Below the pieces are notes generated by a model, which searched no databases, was not told where the DNA came from, and was given only the letters and a program-made list of their open reading frames with translations. A program made the translations under genes and the position numbers. Shown here in pieces: positions 17,361 to 26,969 of a stretch of DNA of 61,558 nt (position 1 is the first letter of the stretch; each line of letters begins with the position of its first letter). The stretch comes from Gammaproteobacteria bacterium (lineage in GTDB: Bacteria; Pseudomonadota; Gammaproteobacteria; Natronospirales; JAJUFS01), in assembly GCA_033720895.1 (NCBI GenBank), contig JAWWBS010000004.1:1-61558 (forward strand). The letters are read 5' to 3'.

Positions 17361-18677
17361 TCAGCGCGGGGCCGGTTGTGGCAGCCAGAAAGAGGCTTCC
17401 AGGCCACCCTGCTTGCGGTTTCTCAGCGCGAGCCGACCGCCGTGGGCCTCGATGATCTCGCGGCATAACGGCAGGCCGAGGCCGGAGCCGGCCTTCTTGG
17501 TGGAATAGAACGGCACCAGCGCGTGACGCAGCACGTTCTCCGACATGCCGTCGCCCTGGTCCATGACACGGATCAGCAGCCGCGGGCCTTCGAACTGGAC
17601 GGCCAGGTGGATGTGCTCCGGCGCGCTGCCGGACTCGCTGGCGTTCTTCAGCAGGTTCAGCATCACCTGCTGCAGCTGGGCGGCATCGAACCAGGCTGTA
17701 CGCTCTGGCAGGTCGCCGTCGAGGGTGAAGCTGTACATCGCTGCCAGCTGCTCGACAAACGCCTCGAGATCGACCTCGACCACTTCCGGTGTCGGCAGCT
17801 TGGCAAATTTTGCATAGCCTTCGATGAAGCCCTTCAACTGCTGCGAGCGTTCTTCGATGCTGCGGAAGACGCTCGCCAGTCTTTCGCTGTCATTGCGGCG
17901 GTTCAGTTCCTGGCCGCTGTGCGCCAGCGACGAGATCGGCGCCAGCGAATTGTTCAGTTCGTGCGATATCACCCGGATGACCTTCTTCCAGGTCGAGACT
18001 TCCTGTCGGTTGATTTCATGGGTCATGGCCTTGAACAGCACCAGGTGGTGGCGTCGGCCGTTGAGGCTGAACTGGCCGTGCGAGACATGGTAGATGTCTT
18101 CCTCGCGCGCGGTTTCGACGGTAAACAGCCCTTCCTGGACTTCGCTGACGGCAAGCGCCAGCTCCGGTCGCTTGTCAGCGACCATCGCCTGCATGCCCAT
18201 GCCTTCGAGTCGATGCCCGTCGTTGAAGAACTGCCTTGCCGCCGGATTGGAATACACGATGCGATCATGTGGATCGGCCAGCAGCATTGCCACCGGTGAC
18301 GCCTGGATGACGGAATCGAGCAACAGTTCGCGCTGGAACAGGTTCTGCCGTTCGCGACGCAGTACATTGCCGACCTCGTTGTAGGCCGCCACCAGGTCGC
18401 CGAGTTCATCCTGGCGGTCAGTGCCCAGGCTGACACTGAAGTCGCCGTCCTTGAAGGAGGCGACACCATCGGCAAGCGCCTGCAGGATGCGGGTGACGGG
18501 CTTCGTGAAGCCACGGCCGACGAACAGCGCTGCCAGGATGCCGACCAGGCCGCCGAGCGCGAGGCCAAGCCAGAGATTCTCGAGCAGCCAGGTTGCCAGC
18601 GCACCGCAGAGAATGCCGATCGCGGTGGTGCCGACCAGGAAGAAGACGAAGCGGCCTTCCAGCGACAGCGTTTTCAC
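17361..18677 (-). CDS. sensor histidine kinase (2 TM with minimal loop, HAMP, PAS, HisKA, HATPase)
   Basis: TM1 FVFFLVGTTAIGILCGALATWLL, loop ENLW, TM2 LGLALGGLVGILAALFVG. Then a HAMP domain, a PAS-like region, H-box VISHELNNSLAPI, and G-boxes DQGDGM and GSGLGL. The GTG start overlaps the response-regulator stop (GTGA). Confidence 0.9.
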   Translation of the reverse strand: MKTLSLEGRFVFFLVGTTAIGILCGALATWLLENLWLGLALGGLVGILAALFVGRGFTKPVTRILQALADGVASFKDGDFSVSLGTDRQDELGDLVAAYNEVGNVLRRERQNLFQRELLLDSVIQASPVAMLLADPHDRIVYSNPAARQFFNDGHRLEGMGMQAMVADKRPELALAVSEVQEGLFTVETAREEDIYHVSHGQFSLNGRRHHLVLFKAMTHEINRQEVSTWKKVIRVISHELNNSLAPISSLAHSGQELNRRNDSERLASVFRSIEERSQQLKGFIEGYAKFAKLPTPEVVEVDLEAFVEQLAAMYSFTLDGDLPERTAWFDAAQLQQVMLNLLKNASESGSAPEHIHLAVQFEGPRLLIRVMDQGDGMSENVLRHALVPFYSTKKAGSGLGLPLCREIIEAHGGRLALRNRKQGGLEASFWLPQPAPR

Positions 18678-20032
18678 GAAGTTTCCGAGGAGACGTTGCC
18701 GTTATCGCCATCCGTCGCCGTGATGTCGAATTTCTCCATGCGACGGTAGAAGGCCTGGCGACTCATGCCCAGTGCCTTTGCCGCGCGGGCGACCACGCCA
18801 TCGGCTTCGGCCAGTGCGGCACGGATGTCATCGGCATCCGGTTCGCCGCTGGCTGGCTGGTGCGGCAGGTTGAAGTCACCGGCTTCGAGTAGCTTGCCGC
18901 TGGCAAGCACCGCAGCGCGCTGCAACTGGTTGCCCAGTTCGCGCACGTTGCCCGGCCAGTCGTAATCGTGCAGTGCCTTGCGAGCCGCCTCGCTCAGTGA
19001 CACGCCCTCGGGCAGCAGCGATTCGGCAATCGGCAGGATGTCCTCGCGGCGGGCCTTCAGTTCCGGCAGCTTCAGCTCGATGACATTGAGGCGATAGTAG
19101 AGGTCCTCGCGAAATTCACCCTGGCGGATCATCTTCGTCAGGTCGGCATTGGTCGCGCTGATGATTCGCACCGACACCTTGCGTGTCTTCGTGCTGCCCA
19201 GCCGCTCGAACTCGCCGGTCTGCAGCACGCGCAGCAGTTTCATCTGGCCGTCCAGTGGCAGGTTGCCGATCTCGTCCAGGAACAGGGTGCCACCGTCGGC
19301 CGCCTCGAAGCGGCCTTCGCGCGCCTTGTTGGCGCCGGTATACGCGCCGGCCTCGGCGCCAAACAGCTCGGCTTCCATCAGGTCGGCGGGCAGGGCACCG
19401 ACGTTCACCTTTATATAGGGACCGTCGCGAACCGCCGAATTCAGCTGCACGATATCGGCCAGCTTTTCCTTGCCGGCGCCGTTCGGACCGCTGATCAGGA
19501 CCGGCAGTTCGGAGCGCGCCACGCGGGTCGCCACCGACACCAGTTCGTGCATGGCTGCCGAGGCATAGATGATGCCTCCAAGGTCGAATTCTTCCGCCAG
19601 CGTCTGCTGGCGCGTACTCATTGATTCGCTCAATTCACGATGGGCACGCGACAGCTTGCCAAGGTGCAGAAGATTGCGCAGCGTGGCCACCAGCTTGCGG
19701 TCGTCCCAGGGCTTGCCGAGGTAATCGGCAGCACCGGCCTTGACGAGATCGACCGCCTGGTCGAGATGCGTCCAGGCCGTCAGCAGGATGATCGGCATGT
19801 CGGGCCGCTGCTCGCGGATCTTCCGGAACAGCTCGACACCTTCCTCGCCAGAGGTGGTGTCGGTGGAAAAATTCATGTCCTGGATGACCAGGTCGTAGTC
19901 GTGCGTCGCGAGTCGTGCCAGGCCGCGGGCCGGCGTCTCCGCCCAGGCCGTGTCGATGTCTTCCAGCGACAGCAACACCTCGAGTGCTTCGTACACCGCT
20001 TCGTTGTCGTCAATGACCAGCACGGTCGGCAT
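18674..20032 (-). CDS. sigma54-dependent response regulator (NtrC-family enhancer-binding protein)
   Basis: Receiver domain (VLVIDDN...DLVIQDMNF), AAA+ domain with Walker A GPNGAGKE, GAFTGA-type loop GAYTGA, Walker B LFLDEIG, and a C-terminal Fis-type HTH (LGMSRQAFYRRMEKF). Confidence 0.9.
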   Translation of the reverse strand: MPTVLVIDDNEAVYEALEVLLSLEDIDTAWAETPARGLARLATHDYDLVIQDMNFSTDTTSGEEGVELFRKIREQRPDMPIILLTAWTHLDQAVDLVKAGAADYLGKPWDDRKLVATLRNLLHLGKLSRAHRELSESMSTRQQTLAEEFDLGGIIYASAAMHELVSVATRVARSELPVLISGPNGAGKEKLADIVQLNSAVRDGPYIKVNVGALPADLMEAELFGAEAGAYTGANKAREGRFEAADGGTLFLDEIGNLPLDGQMKLLRVLQTGEFERLGSTKTRKVSVRIISATNADLTKMIRQGEFREDLYYRLNVIELKLPELKARREDILPIAESLLPEGVSLSEAARKALHDYDWPGNVRELGNQLQRAAVLASGKLLEAGDFNLPHQPASGEPDADDIRAALAEADGVVARAAKALGMSRQAFYRRMEKFDITATDGDNGNVSSETS

Positions 20033-20047
20033 GAATTTTCCCCCCGT

Positions 20048-20074
20048 AAAAAGGGCGGGTCATCCGACCCGCCC
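20048..20074 (-). terminator. hairpin plus T-tract between permease 2 and the response regulator (terminator/attenuator)
   Basis: The minus strand reads GGGCGGGTC-GGAT-GACCCGCCC followed by TTTTTAC. The hairpin ends only about 15 nt before the response-regulator ATG at 20032. Confidence 0.55.
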
Positions 20075-20110
20075 GTTGATTCTAACCGAAGCTTGCAACG
20101 TCGTCCGGCT

Positions 20111-21325
20111 TCACACGCTGCGAGTCGCCATGGCCGGCGGGACACGGGTGGCGCGTTGCGCGGGACCCAGCACGGCCAGCACCGCAAGCAGCAGCAAGCC
20201 AATGACAATCGGCAGCAACTGGTACCACTCGATGCGCGGCACGCCGAAGTTGGTGCCGAGCAGCCAGCTCAGTCCCATCGACAGCACCGTGCCCAGGGCG
20301 ACACCCAGCAGCGCGATCAGGCCACCTTCCAGCAGGAAGTAACGCAGGATGTCGGCCTTGGTGGCGCCGAGGGCGCGACGCGTGCCGATCTGCTTGCGAC
20401 GCTGGTTGACGTTGAAGGCAGCAAGGCCCAGCGTGCCGAGCGCCGTGATGCCGATAAGCAACCAGCTGACGATCGACAGCAGGCCGACCATCGCCGTGTT
20501 CTCGGCATAACTGCGCATCTTGTAGTCCTGCAGCGTCCGCACGGTGGTCACCACGCGCTCGCGGTTCGACTGCTGCAGCGCCGTTTCGATTTCCGGCATC
20601 AGCTTGTCGGCCATGCCAGGCTCGGTATGGATCATGAAGCCGAGGGCATTCTGCGCGCTGATGCGTCCGTAGATCATGACGTGGTCGACGTTGTTCCAGG
20701 ACAGCCACGGGCCCTGCATGTGCTTGATGATGCCGACGACACGGCGCGGCTGGTCAAGCCCGTTGTAGACCATGCTTTCCAGGGCATTGCCTTCCGGGAA
20801 CAGCTTGTCGGCAACAGTGCGGGTGATGACGACGGCCGGCGTGATCTCGTCCAGGTCGTCCTCGCCCTGGTAGTAGACCTCTTCCGGCAGGAACCAGCGG
20901 CCTTCGTCGAGTTCCAGTCCCAGTGCATCCTGCAGGTATTGGTCACCGTTGTAGTAGGCGATGCCCTCGCTGATGACACCTTCGCCCTCGCCGGGCTGGT
21001 TCTTGAAGGTGCTCGAGCTGCCACCACCGCTCAGCGGGGCCCGGTTCATGTAACCGACATGGGTCACGCCGGGAATCGCCAGCAGCGTGTCGCGATCCTC
21101 GTTCCAGGTCCGGAGCTGGTCGTAGGTTTCGGTGAAACCGATCGAGCTGGCAAAGACGATGTTGCCTTCATCCATGCCGGTCGGTCGCGCCATGATGTCC
21201 TCGCGCTCGTTGATGATCTGCATCGAGTTCGCGATCAGCGCCATGGTGATGGCGATCTGCAAGGCGATCAGGATGGGTCCGGTCTTGTTCCGCAGCATGG
21301 CGGAGAGAATGGGTCTGATTTCCAT
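20111..21325 (-). CDS. ABC transporter permease, FtsX/MacB type (periplasmic MacB_PCD-like domain)
   Basis: ORF 20111..21562 trimmed to ATG at 21325 (MEIRPILSAMLRNK...), preceded by AAGGAGA. TM1, a large periplasmic domain, then the three-TM FtsX module (RRKQIGTRRALGATKADIL). Confidence 0.85.
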   Translation of the reverse strand: MEIRPILSAMLRNKTGPILIALQIAITMALIANSMQIINEREDIMARPTGMDEGNIVFASSIGFTETYDQLRTWNEDRDTLLAIPGVTHVGYMNRAPLSGGGSSSTFKNQPGEGEGVISEGIAYYNGDQYLQDALGLELDEGRWFLPEEVYYQGEDDLDEITPAVVITRTVADKLFPEGNALESMVYNGLDQPRRVVGIIKHMQGPWLSWNNVDHVMIYGRISAQNALGFMIHTEPGMADKLMPEIETALQQSNRERVVTTVRTLQDYKMRSYAENTAMVGLLSIVSWLLIGITALGTLGLAAFNVNQRRKQIGTRRALGATKADILRYFLLEGGLIALLGVALGTVLSMGLSWLLGTNFGVPRIEWYQLLPIVIGLLLLAVLAVLGPAQRATRVPPAMATRSV

Positions 21326-21336
21326 GATGTTTCTCC

Positions 21337-22650
21337 TTACTGCGTCTTCAGGTAGCCGGCAGGCGGCACGCGACAGATCTGGAACGAGGGCCACAGGCCG
21401 GCGGCCAGGCTGGCCAGGATCGATACGCCGATCGCGATCGAGATCAGTTCGACATCCATGTCCACCGGCCCGTCGTACTTCATCAGGATCTTGATCAGTT
21501 GCAGGCCGGCGGCCGTCACGCCGATGCCGAGCAGGCCACCGACCACGCCGATGAAGCCGCACTCCGCCATCTGCTGGCGGAAGATGGCCCAGCGCGAGGC
21601 ACCCAGTGCCCGGCGCACGCTGATCTCTCCCGTCCGGCCCATGAACTTGGCCAGCAGCAGCCCGACCGTGTTCAGCAGGCAGACCACCAGGAACAGCGCC
21701 GACAGCGCGACGAGCACGCGCACGTCATCCGGCATGACCTGGTTGACGCGCATCCACTCTTCCGGGTTCCAGATGGTGGTGTTCTCCGGGCGCGTCACGC
21801 GACCGATTTCCTGCTGCTCGGCAACATAGCCGGCGAGGTAGTCACGGTAGTCCTGTTGCTGGCTCGGTGTATCGAGTTGCACCCAGTACTGCAGCCAGAC
21901 ACAGGCACCCGCGAGGAAGTCCTGGTAGGTTTCCAGGCGCTCGTTCTTCCAGCAGTTGGTGTTGCCCCAGCGATCCGGCTCGATCGTGTGCTGCAGCTCG
22001 AAGGGCAGGTAGAACGCTTCGCTGGGGTTCATCGAGCCATTCGTCAGGTCGTAATATTTCGGACGGGGCTCCCAGTCATCCAGCACGCCGACGACGGTGT
22101 ATTCGTAATCGTCCATCCTGATGGTACGACCGACGCTGTTCTCGCCGCCGAAGACCTTGTCGTTCATTTTCTTCGACAGCACGGTGACGAAATCGCCGCT
22201 TTCGTCGGTGGCTTCGTTCCAGGCGCTGCCATAAAGGAAGGGCACGTCGAACATCTCGAAGAAGTCGTTCTTGGTCATGCGGCCGCCGTCGAGATAAGGC
22301 GCGACTTCCAGGTTCTCCGGCTGCACGACCACGCCCATCTTGAACATCGGCGTGGAGTAGCTCGGAATGTCGGATTGCTCCAGCGCCATGGCGTCCATGT
22401 AGGTCAGCTGTTCCGGTGCCAGTTCGGTACGACCGGAATCCCGCGGCCGCTCCGGATTCCAGGTGTCGAGATGCACGGTGTAGAGCTGGTCGTTCTTGTA
22501 CCAGATGGGGTTGCCACCCATGATGTGCATCACCGAGTAGGTGGTCATGAAGGCACCGATGCCGACGGCAATTGCCAGCATCATCAGGCCACTGAGAATC
22601 GGATTGCGCTTGATGCTCAGTGCCGCCAGTTTTGCGTAATAGGTCAACAT
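21337..22650 (-). CDS. ABC transporter permease, FtsX/MacB type (second paralogue)
   Basis: Same architecture as the neighbouring permease. FtsX motif [19 protein letters not shown]. Lies 11 nt upstream of the next permease. Confidence 0.85.
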   Translation of the reverse strand: MLTYYAKLAALSIKRNPILSGLMMLAIAVGIGAFMTTYSVMHIMGGNPIWYKNDQLYTVHLDTWNPERPRDSGRTELAPEQLTYMDAMALEQSDIPSYSTPMFKMGVVVQPENLEVAPYLDGGRMTKNDFFEMFDVPFLYGSAWNEATDESGDFVTVLSKKMNDKVFGGENSVGRTIRMDDYEYTVVGVLDDWEPRPKYYDLTNGSMNPSEAFYLPFELQHTIEPDRWGNTNCWKNERLETYQDFLAGACVWLQYWVQLDTPSQQQDYRDYLAGYVAEQQEIGRVTRPENTTIWNPEEWMRVNQVMPDDVRVLVALSALFLVVCLLNTVGLLLAKFMGRTGEISVRRALGASRWAIFRQQMAECGFIGVVGGLLGIGVTAAGLQLIKILMKYDGPVDMDVELISIAIGVSILASLAAGLWPSFQICRVPPAGYLKTQ

Positions 22651-22659
22651 GGCATCACC

Positions 22660-23391
<732 letters not shown>

Positions 23392-23430
23392 GTTGTTTCC
23401 CCTTTTAAAGGTGCGTCTTGTTTCGTTTGT

Positions 23431-24705
23431 TCAATTCGTCAGGTAGACAGTGTCGGCGCTCTCGAACTGGTCATAGCTTGAGATGACAATCCGGTCTCCC
23501 GGGTTTAGACCCTCGGCAATTTCGACATTGCGAATGCTGGTGGAACCGATGCGGATCGGCGTGCGCACGGCGAGATCACCGCGGATGACGTAGGCCATCA
23601 GTCCGGAGCCGGATTCCACGAACGGACCGCGTTGCACCGTGATGATGTCTTCCTTGGTCTCCATCACCACTCGCGCGGAAACGCGCTGGTTCTGTCGCAG
23701 GTCGCCAGGCGCTTCATCGGCAAAACGAATGCGGGCAGTGACCTGGGCGTTCTGCACCTCAGGTGACACGGCAGTCAGGATGCCGTCGTAGGTCGAGGTG
23801 CCGTAGGTGATCTCGGCCGGCATGCCGAGGCCCAGCGCATCGGCGTAGATCTCGGGAATCTGTGCTTCGATTTCCAGTGCCGTCAGGTCGACGACGGTCA
23901 GCAATGGCGTGTTCGGCGGGACGGAAGCACGCTGCTCGACAGCAACGTTGCCAACCATGCCGGTCACCGGCGAGGTGATGCTGAGATCATCCACGCGACG
24001 CTGCAGGTTGTTGACCACCATCTGCTGCTGGTCGACGTCCAGGCGCGTCGTGCGCAATTCGAAATCCAGCGAGTCCTTCGACAATGCGGCGTTTTCGATC
24101 GCGTGCTGGTACTCGACTTCGGCAGTGGCCAGCGTGTCGTCCGTCTTTTCCTTCTCCTGCTGGCTCATGATGCCTTCCTGGAAGGACAGCGCGGCGCGCG
24201 CGGCTTCGCGACGGGCGGCATCCAGCTTCACCTTGGCCAGGTCGACGGCCTGTTTTTCACGCAGTTCGCCGGCGCGGGTCTCGATCTTCTTGCGCTCCCA
24301 GGCCAGCGTCAGGCTTTCCAGCAGCGACTCGGCGCGCTCCAGGTCGCTGATGATTTCCGGACTGTCGATGATGGCGAGCACCTGGCCGGCCTCGACGGTG
24401 TCGCCGGCCTTGACCTGCAGTTCGACCATGCCCTGGGCGGGTGAATAAAGCGTTGGTGCAACGGCAGCGACCACCTTGCCTGGCACGCCGACATCGCGAA
24501 CGAAGTCGCTGCGCTCGACGGTCGCGATGCGCAGCCTTTCCAGCGGCACGGTGATCTCGGCCGAGGCCCAGCGGTTGTAGGCCGGCAGGGCAATGGCCAG
24601 CACGATGATCAGCGCGGCAATGCCGATCCCGGCATTGATCAGGCGGCGTTTCTTCTGCGGGCCTGGGTCGATCACCACGTCCTGGGCGGAGGTGTCACGA
24701 ATCAT
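23431..24705 (-). CDS. HlyD/MacA-family periplasmic adaptor (membrane fusion protein)
   Basis: ORF 23431..24738 (TTG) trimmed to ATG at 24705 (MIRDTSAQ...), preceded by AGGAAGGAA. The TTG at 24738 lies between the -12 element and the predicted +1 of the sigma54 promoter. The protein has a TM anchor, a biotinyl-lipoyl-like segment, a long coiled coil and a beta-barrel. Confidence 0.85.
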   Translation of the reverse strand: MIRDTSAQDVVIDPGPQKKRRLINAGIGIAALIIVLAIALPAYNRWASAEITVPLERLRIATVERSDFVRDVGVPGKVVAAVAPTLYSPAQGMVELQVKAGDTVEAGQVLAIIDSPEIISDLERAESLLESLTLAWERKKIETRAGELREKQAVDLAKVKLDAARREAARAALSFQEGIMSQQEKEKTDDTLATAEVEYQHAIENAALSKDSLDFELRTTRLDVDQQQMVVNNLQRRVDDLSITSPVTGMVGNVAVEQRASVPPNTPLLTVVDLTALEIEAQIPEIYADALGLGMPAEITYGTSTYDGILTAVSPEVQNAQVTARIRFADEAPGDLRQNQRVSARVVMETKEDIITVQRGPFVESGSGLMAYVIRGDLAVRTPIRIGSTSIRNVEIAEGLNPGDRIVISSYDQFESADTVYLTN

Positions 24706-24744
24706 GGGGTTCCTTCCTGAGTTCGGTTTCGTTGCCAAATACGA

Positions 24745-24760
24745 TGCAATTCACGTGCCA
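24745..24760 (-). promoter_or_regulatory. sigma54 (-24/-12) promoter of the adaptor-ABC operon
   Basis: The minus strand reads TGGCACGTGAATTGCA, which is TGGCAC-N5-TTGCA with the GG and GC doublets correctly spaced. The predicted +1 near 24734 leaves a leader of about 30 nt containing AGGAAGGAA before ATG 24705. A sigma54 EBP is encoded in the same cluster. Confidence 0.7.
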
Positions 24761-24821
24761 AAGGTTGGGATGGGCCGGAAGGCGGCCAACGACGGGGTTT
24801 CGGGCGGCGCCGCCAGGAGGG

Positions 24822-24873
24822 TGTCCGCTTGTCCGCTGGCGGCTGCGGGTGTCCGCGGCTGTCCGCCGGACAC
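24822..24873. repeat. four TGTCCGC heptamers plus an inverted repeat GTGTCCG-N11-CGGACAC (candidate enhancer/UAS)
   Basis: TGTCCGC occurs at 24822, 24830, 24850 and 24860. Inverted-repeat arms are 24849-24855 and 24867-24873. The element lies about 60-115 bp upstream of the sigma54 -24 element and directly abuts the mdh terminator. Confidence 0.4.
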
Positions 24874-24896
24874 AAAAAAACCCCGCCGGGGCGGGG
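24874..24896 (-). terminator. rho-independent terminator of mdh
   Basis: The minus strand reads CCCCGCCCCGGCGGGG followed by TTTTTTT, 25 nt after the mdh stop. Confidence 0.75.
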
Positions 24897-24921
24897 TTTT
24901 CGGTGCTGCGGAGTGGCGGGA

Positions 24922-25896
24922 TCAGAGCAGCGCGCTGACTGCCTCGCGCTCTTCGCGCAGTTCCTTGTCCGTGGCGTCCATCTTCTCGCGGGAGAAGTCG
25001 TTGATGTCCAGGCCATCAACAATCTGGTAATCGCCGTCCTTGCAGATGCAGGGGAAGGAATAGATCACGCCTTCGGCGATGCCGTAGGAACCATCCGACG
25101 GCACGCCCATGGAAACGATCTCGCCGTTCGAGCCCAGTGCCCAGTCACGGATGTGATCGATGGCGGCGGAGGCAGCCGAGGCAGCGGAAGACGCACCGCG
25201 TGCCTTGATGATGGCTGCGCCGCGCTGCTGCACGGTCGGGATGAAGGTGTCCTTGTACCAGGCATCATCCAGCAGTTCGGCGGCCGGCTTGCCGTCGATG
25301 GTGCAGTGGGCGATGTCCGGGTACTGGGTGGAGCTGTGGTTGCCCCAGATGATCATGCCCTTGATGTCATTGACGTGCTTGCCGGTCTTCTCGGCCAGCT
25401 GCGCCATGGCACGGTTGTGGTCGAGGCGGGTCATGGCGGTGAAGTTGCGCGGGTTCGCACCCTTGGCATTGGCCTGCGCGATCAGCGCATTGGTGTTCGC
25501 CGGGTTGCCGACGACCAGCACCTTGATGTCCTTCGAGGCGTGCGCCGCAATGGCTTCGCCCTGCGGGCCGAAGATCTTGCCATTGGCTTCCAGCAGGTCC
25601 TTGCGCTCCATGCCGGGGCCACGCGGACGCGCGCCGACCAGCAGGGCGTAATCGGAATCCTTGAACGCGACATTGGCGTCGTCGGTGGCGACCACGTCGG
25701 CCAGCAGCGGGAAGGCGCAATCGTTGAGCTCCATGACCACACCCTTGAGGGCATCCAGGGCCGGGGTGATTTCCAGCAGCTGCAGGATGACCGGCTGGTC
25801 CTTGCCCAGCATGTCGCCGGAAGCAATGCGGAAGGCCAGCGCGTAGCCGATCTGGCCGGCGGCGCCGGTAATCGTGACGCGTACGGGTTGTTTCAT
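24922..25896 (-). CDS. mdh: malate dehydrogenase
   Basis: [14 protein letters not shown], the NAD-binding fold, and full-length similarity to LDH-like MDH. Confidence 0.95.
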   Translation of the reverse strand: MKQPVRVTITGAAGQIGYALAFRIASGDMLGKDQPVILQLLEITPALDALKGVVMELNDCAFPLLADVVATDDANVAFKDSDYALLVGARPRGPGMERKDLLEANGKIFGPQGEAIAAHASKDIKVLVVGNPANTNALIAQANAKGANPRNFTAMTRLDHNRAMAQLAEKTGKHVNDIKGMIIWGNHSSTQYPDIAHCTIDGKPAAELLDDAWYKDTFIPTVQQRGAAIIKARGASSAASAASAAIDHIRDWALGSNGEIVSMGVPSDGSYGIAEGVIYSFPCICKDGDYQIVDGLDINDFSREKMDATDKELREEREAVSALL

Positions 25897-26124
25897 GGTG
25901 GACTCCAGTTTTCGGGTTGATTCGGACTCTGGCGGCGGCTCCGGGCGTTCTTCGGGCCGCGAAAGGCGCGCATTTTACCACCAGCGGTCGCTTAAATCAG
26001 GCGAGAGTGAGCCCATTTCCATCGGAATTCGCATGCTAGGACAAGGCTTGCTGGAAAAGCTCTGGGGACTCCGGAAAAGCCAATTCAAACAATGCGTTAC
26101 GAACGCGCGTAAGGGGAAGACACC

Positions 26125-26907
26125 ATGAAACGCACCTTGATCCTGTTATTCGGCATTGCCTGCTATGTCAGCTTCCTGCCGGTATTCCTTTATTTATATG
26201 CCTTCCTGGCCAACCTGCAGATGACGGGCCTGGCCGAGCAGTGGCCGATCCTGAAGACCCTGGTACCGTATTCCATCGATTACGGTCGCGAGATGGGCAA
26301 TCCGGTTGCGGCCGTGCTGATCAATCTTGGATTGATCGCCCTGTTCGGCATCCAGCACTCGGTGATGGCGCGCCAGGGCTTCAAGCGCGCATGGACCAGG
26401 ATCGTGCCGCCAGCGGCCGAGCGGCCGATGTATGTCCTGGTGACCAGCCTGGTGCTGGTCGTCATGTACTGGCAGTGGCGTCCGATCGATCACTTGCTCT
26501 GGAATGCCGAATCGAGTGTCGGTATCGGCCTCGGCTACGGCATCCTGTTGCTTGGCCTCGCGCTGGTGCTGCTGAGCACGTTCCTGATCAACCACTTCCA
26601 CCTGTTCGGCCTGCAGCAGGTCGTCTGGAATTTCCTGGGCAAGGTCGTGCCGGCGGCGAAGTTCCGTACGCCGTTCCTCTACAGGATCGTTCGCCACCCG
26701 CTTTATACCGGCCTGTTTCTCAGCTTCTGGGCCACGCCGGCGATGAGTTGTGGCCACCTGCTGTTTGCACTCGGCATGAGTGCCTACCTGTTCATTGGCA
26801 TTCGCTACGAGGAGAAGGACCTCAAGGAGTTCCATCCCGAGTACGAGAAGTATGCCGAGCAGGTGCCGATGCTGGCACCAGTGCCTGGCAGGTCTTACAA
26901 GGGTTGA
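26125..26907 (+). CDS. membrane methyltransferase of the ICMT/PEMT-like family (MddA-like)
   Basis: Four to six TM helices. Family-typical N-terminal ...LYAFLANLQ...VPYSIDYG and C-terminal RHPLYTGL...YEEKDL SAM-binding region. AAGGGGAAGA RBS. Confidence 0.7.
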   Translation: MKRTLILLFGIACYVSFLPVFLYLYAFLANLQMTGLAEQWPILKTLVPYSIDYGREMGNPVAAVLINLGLIALFGIQHSVMARQGFKRAWTRIVPPAAERPMYVLVTSLVLVVMYWQWRPIDHLLWNAESSVGIGLGYGILLLGLALVLLSTFLINHFHLFGLQQVVWNFLGKVVPAAKFRTPFLYRIVRHPLYTGLFLSFWATPAMSCGHLLFALGMSAYLFIGIRYEEKDLKEFHPEYEKYAEQVPMLAPVPGRSYKG

Positions 26908-26924
26908 GAGATCCCGGAAGTGAG

Positions 26925-26950
26925 AAAGCCCCGCAAAAGCGGGGCTTTTT
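26925..26950. terminator. bidirectional rho-independent terminator
   Basis: AAA-GCCCCGC-AAAA-GCGGGGC-TTTTT, between convergent genes. Confidence 0.8.
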
Positions 26951-26969
26951 CATTGCTGGGCAGGAGATG

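Noticed and set aside
17340-17372. GC hairpin CCGCGC-N4-GCGCGG overlapping the histidine kinase stop codon
   Set aside because: There is no U-tract and the stem is short and imperfect, so I do not call it a terminator.
14476-17508. 1010-aa plus-strand ORF
   Set aside because: It is exactly antisense to the clearly recognisable fadE gene and has Arg/Ala/Gly/His-rich, low-complexity composition. This is the typical long open antisense frame of GC3-rich genes.
24706-24738. TTG-initiated 11-codon extension of the adaptor gene
   Set aside because: It lies between the sigma54 -12 element and the predicted transcription start. The downstream ATG has a much better RBS.
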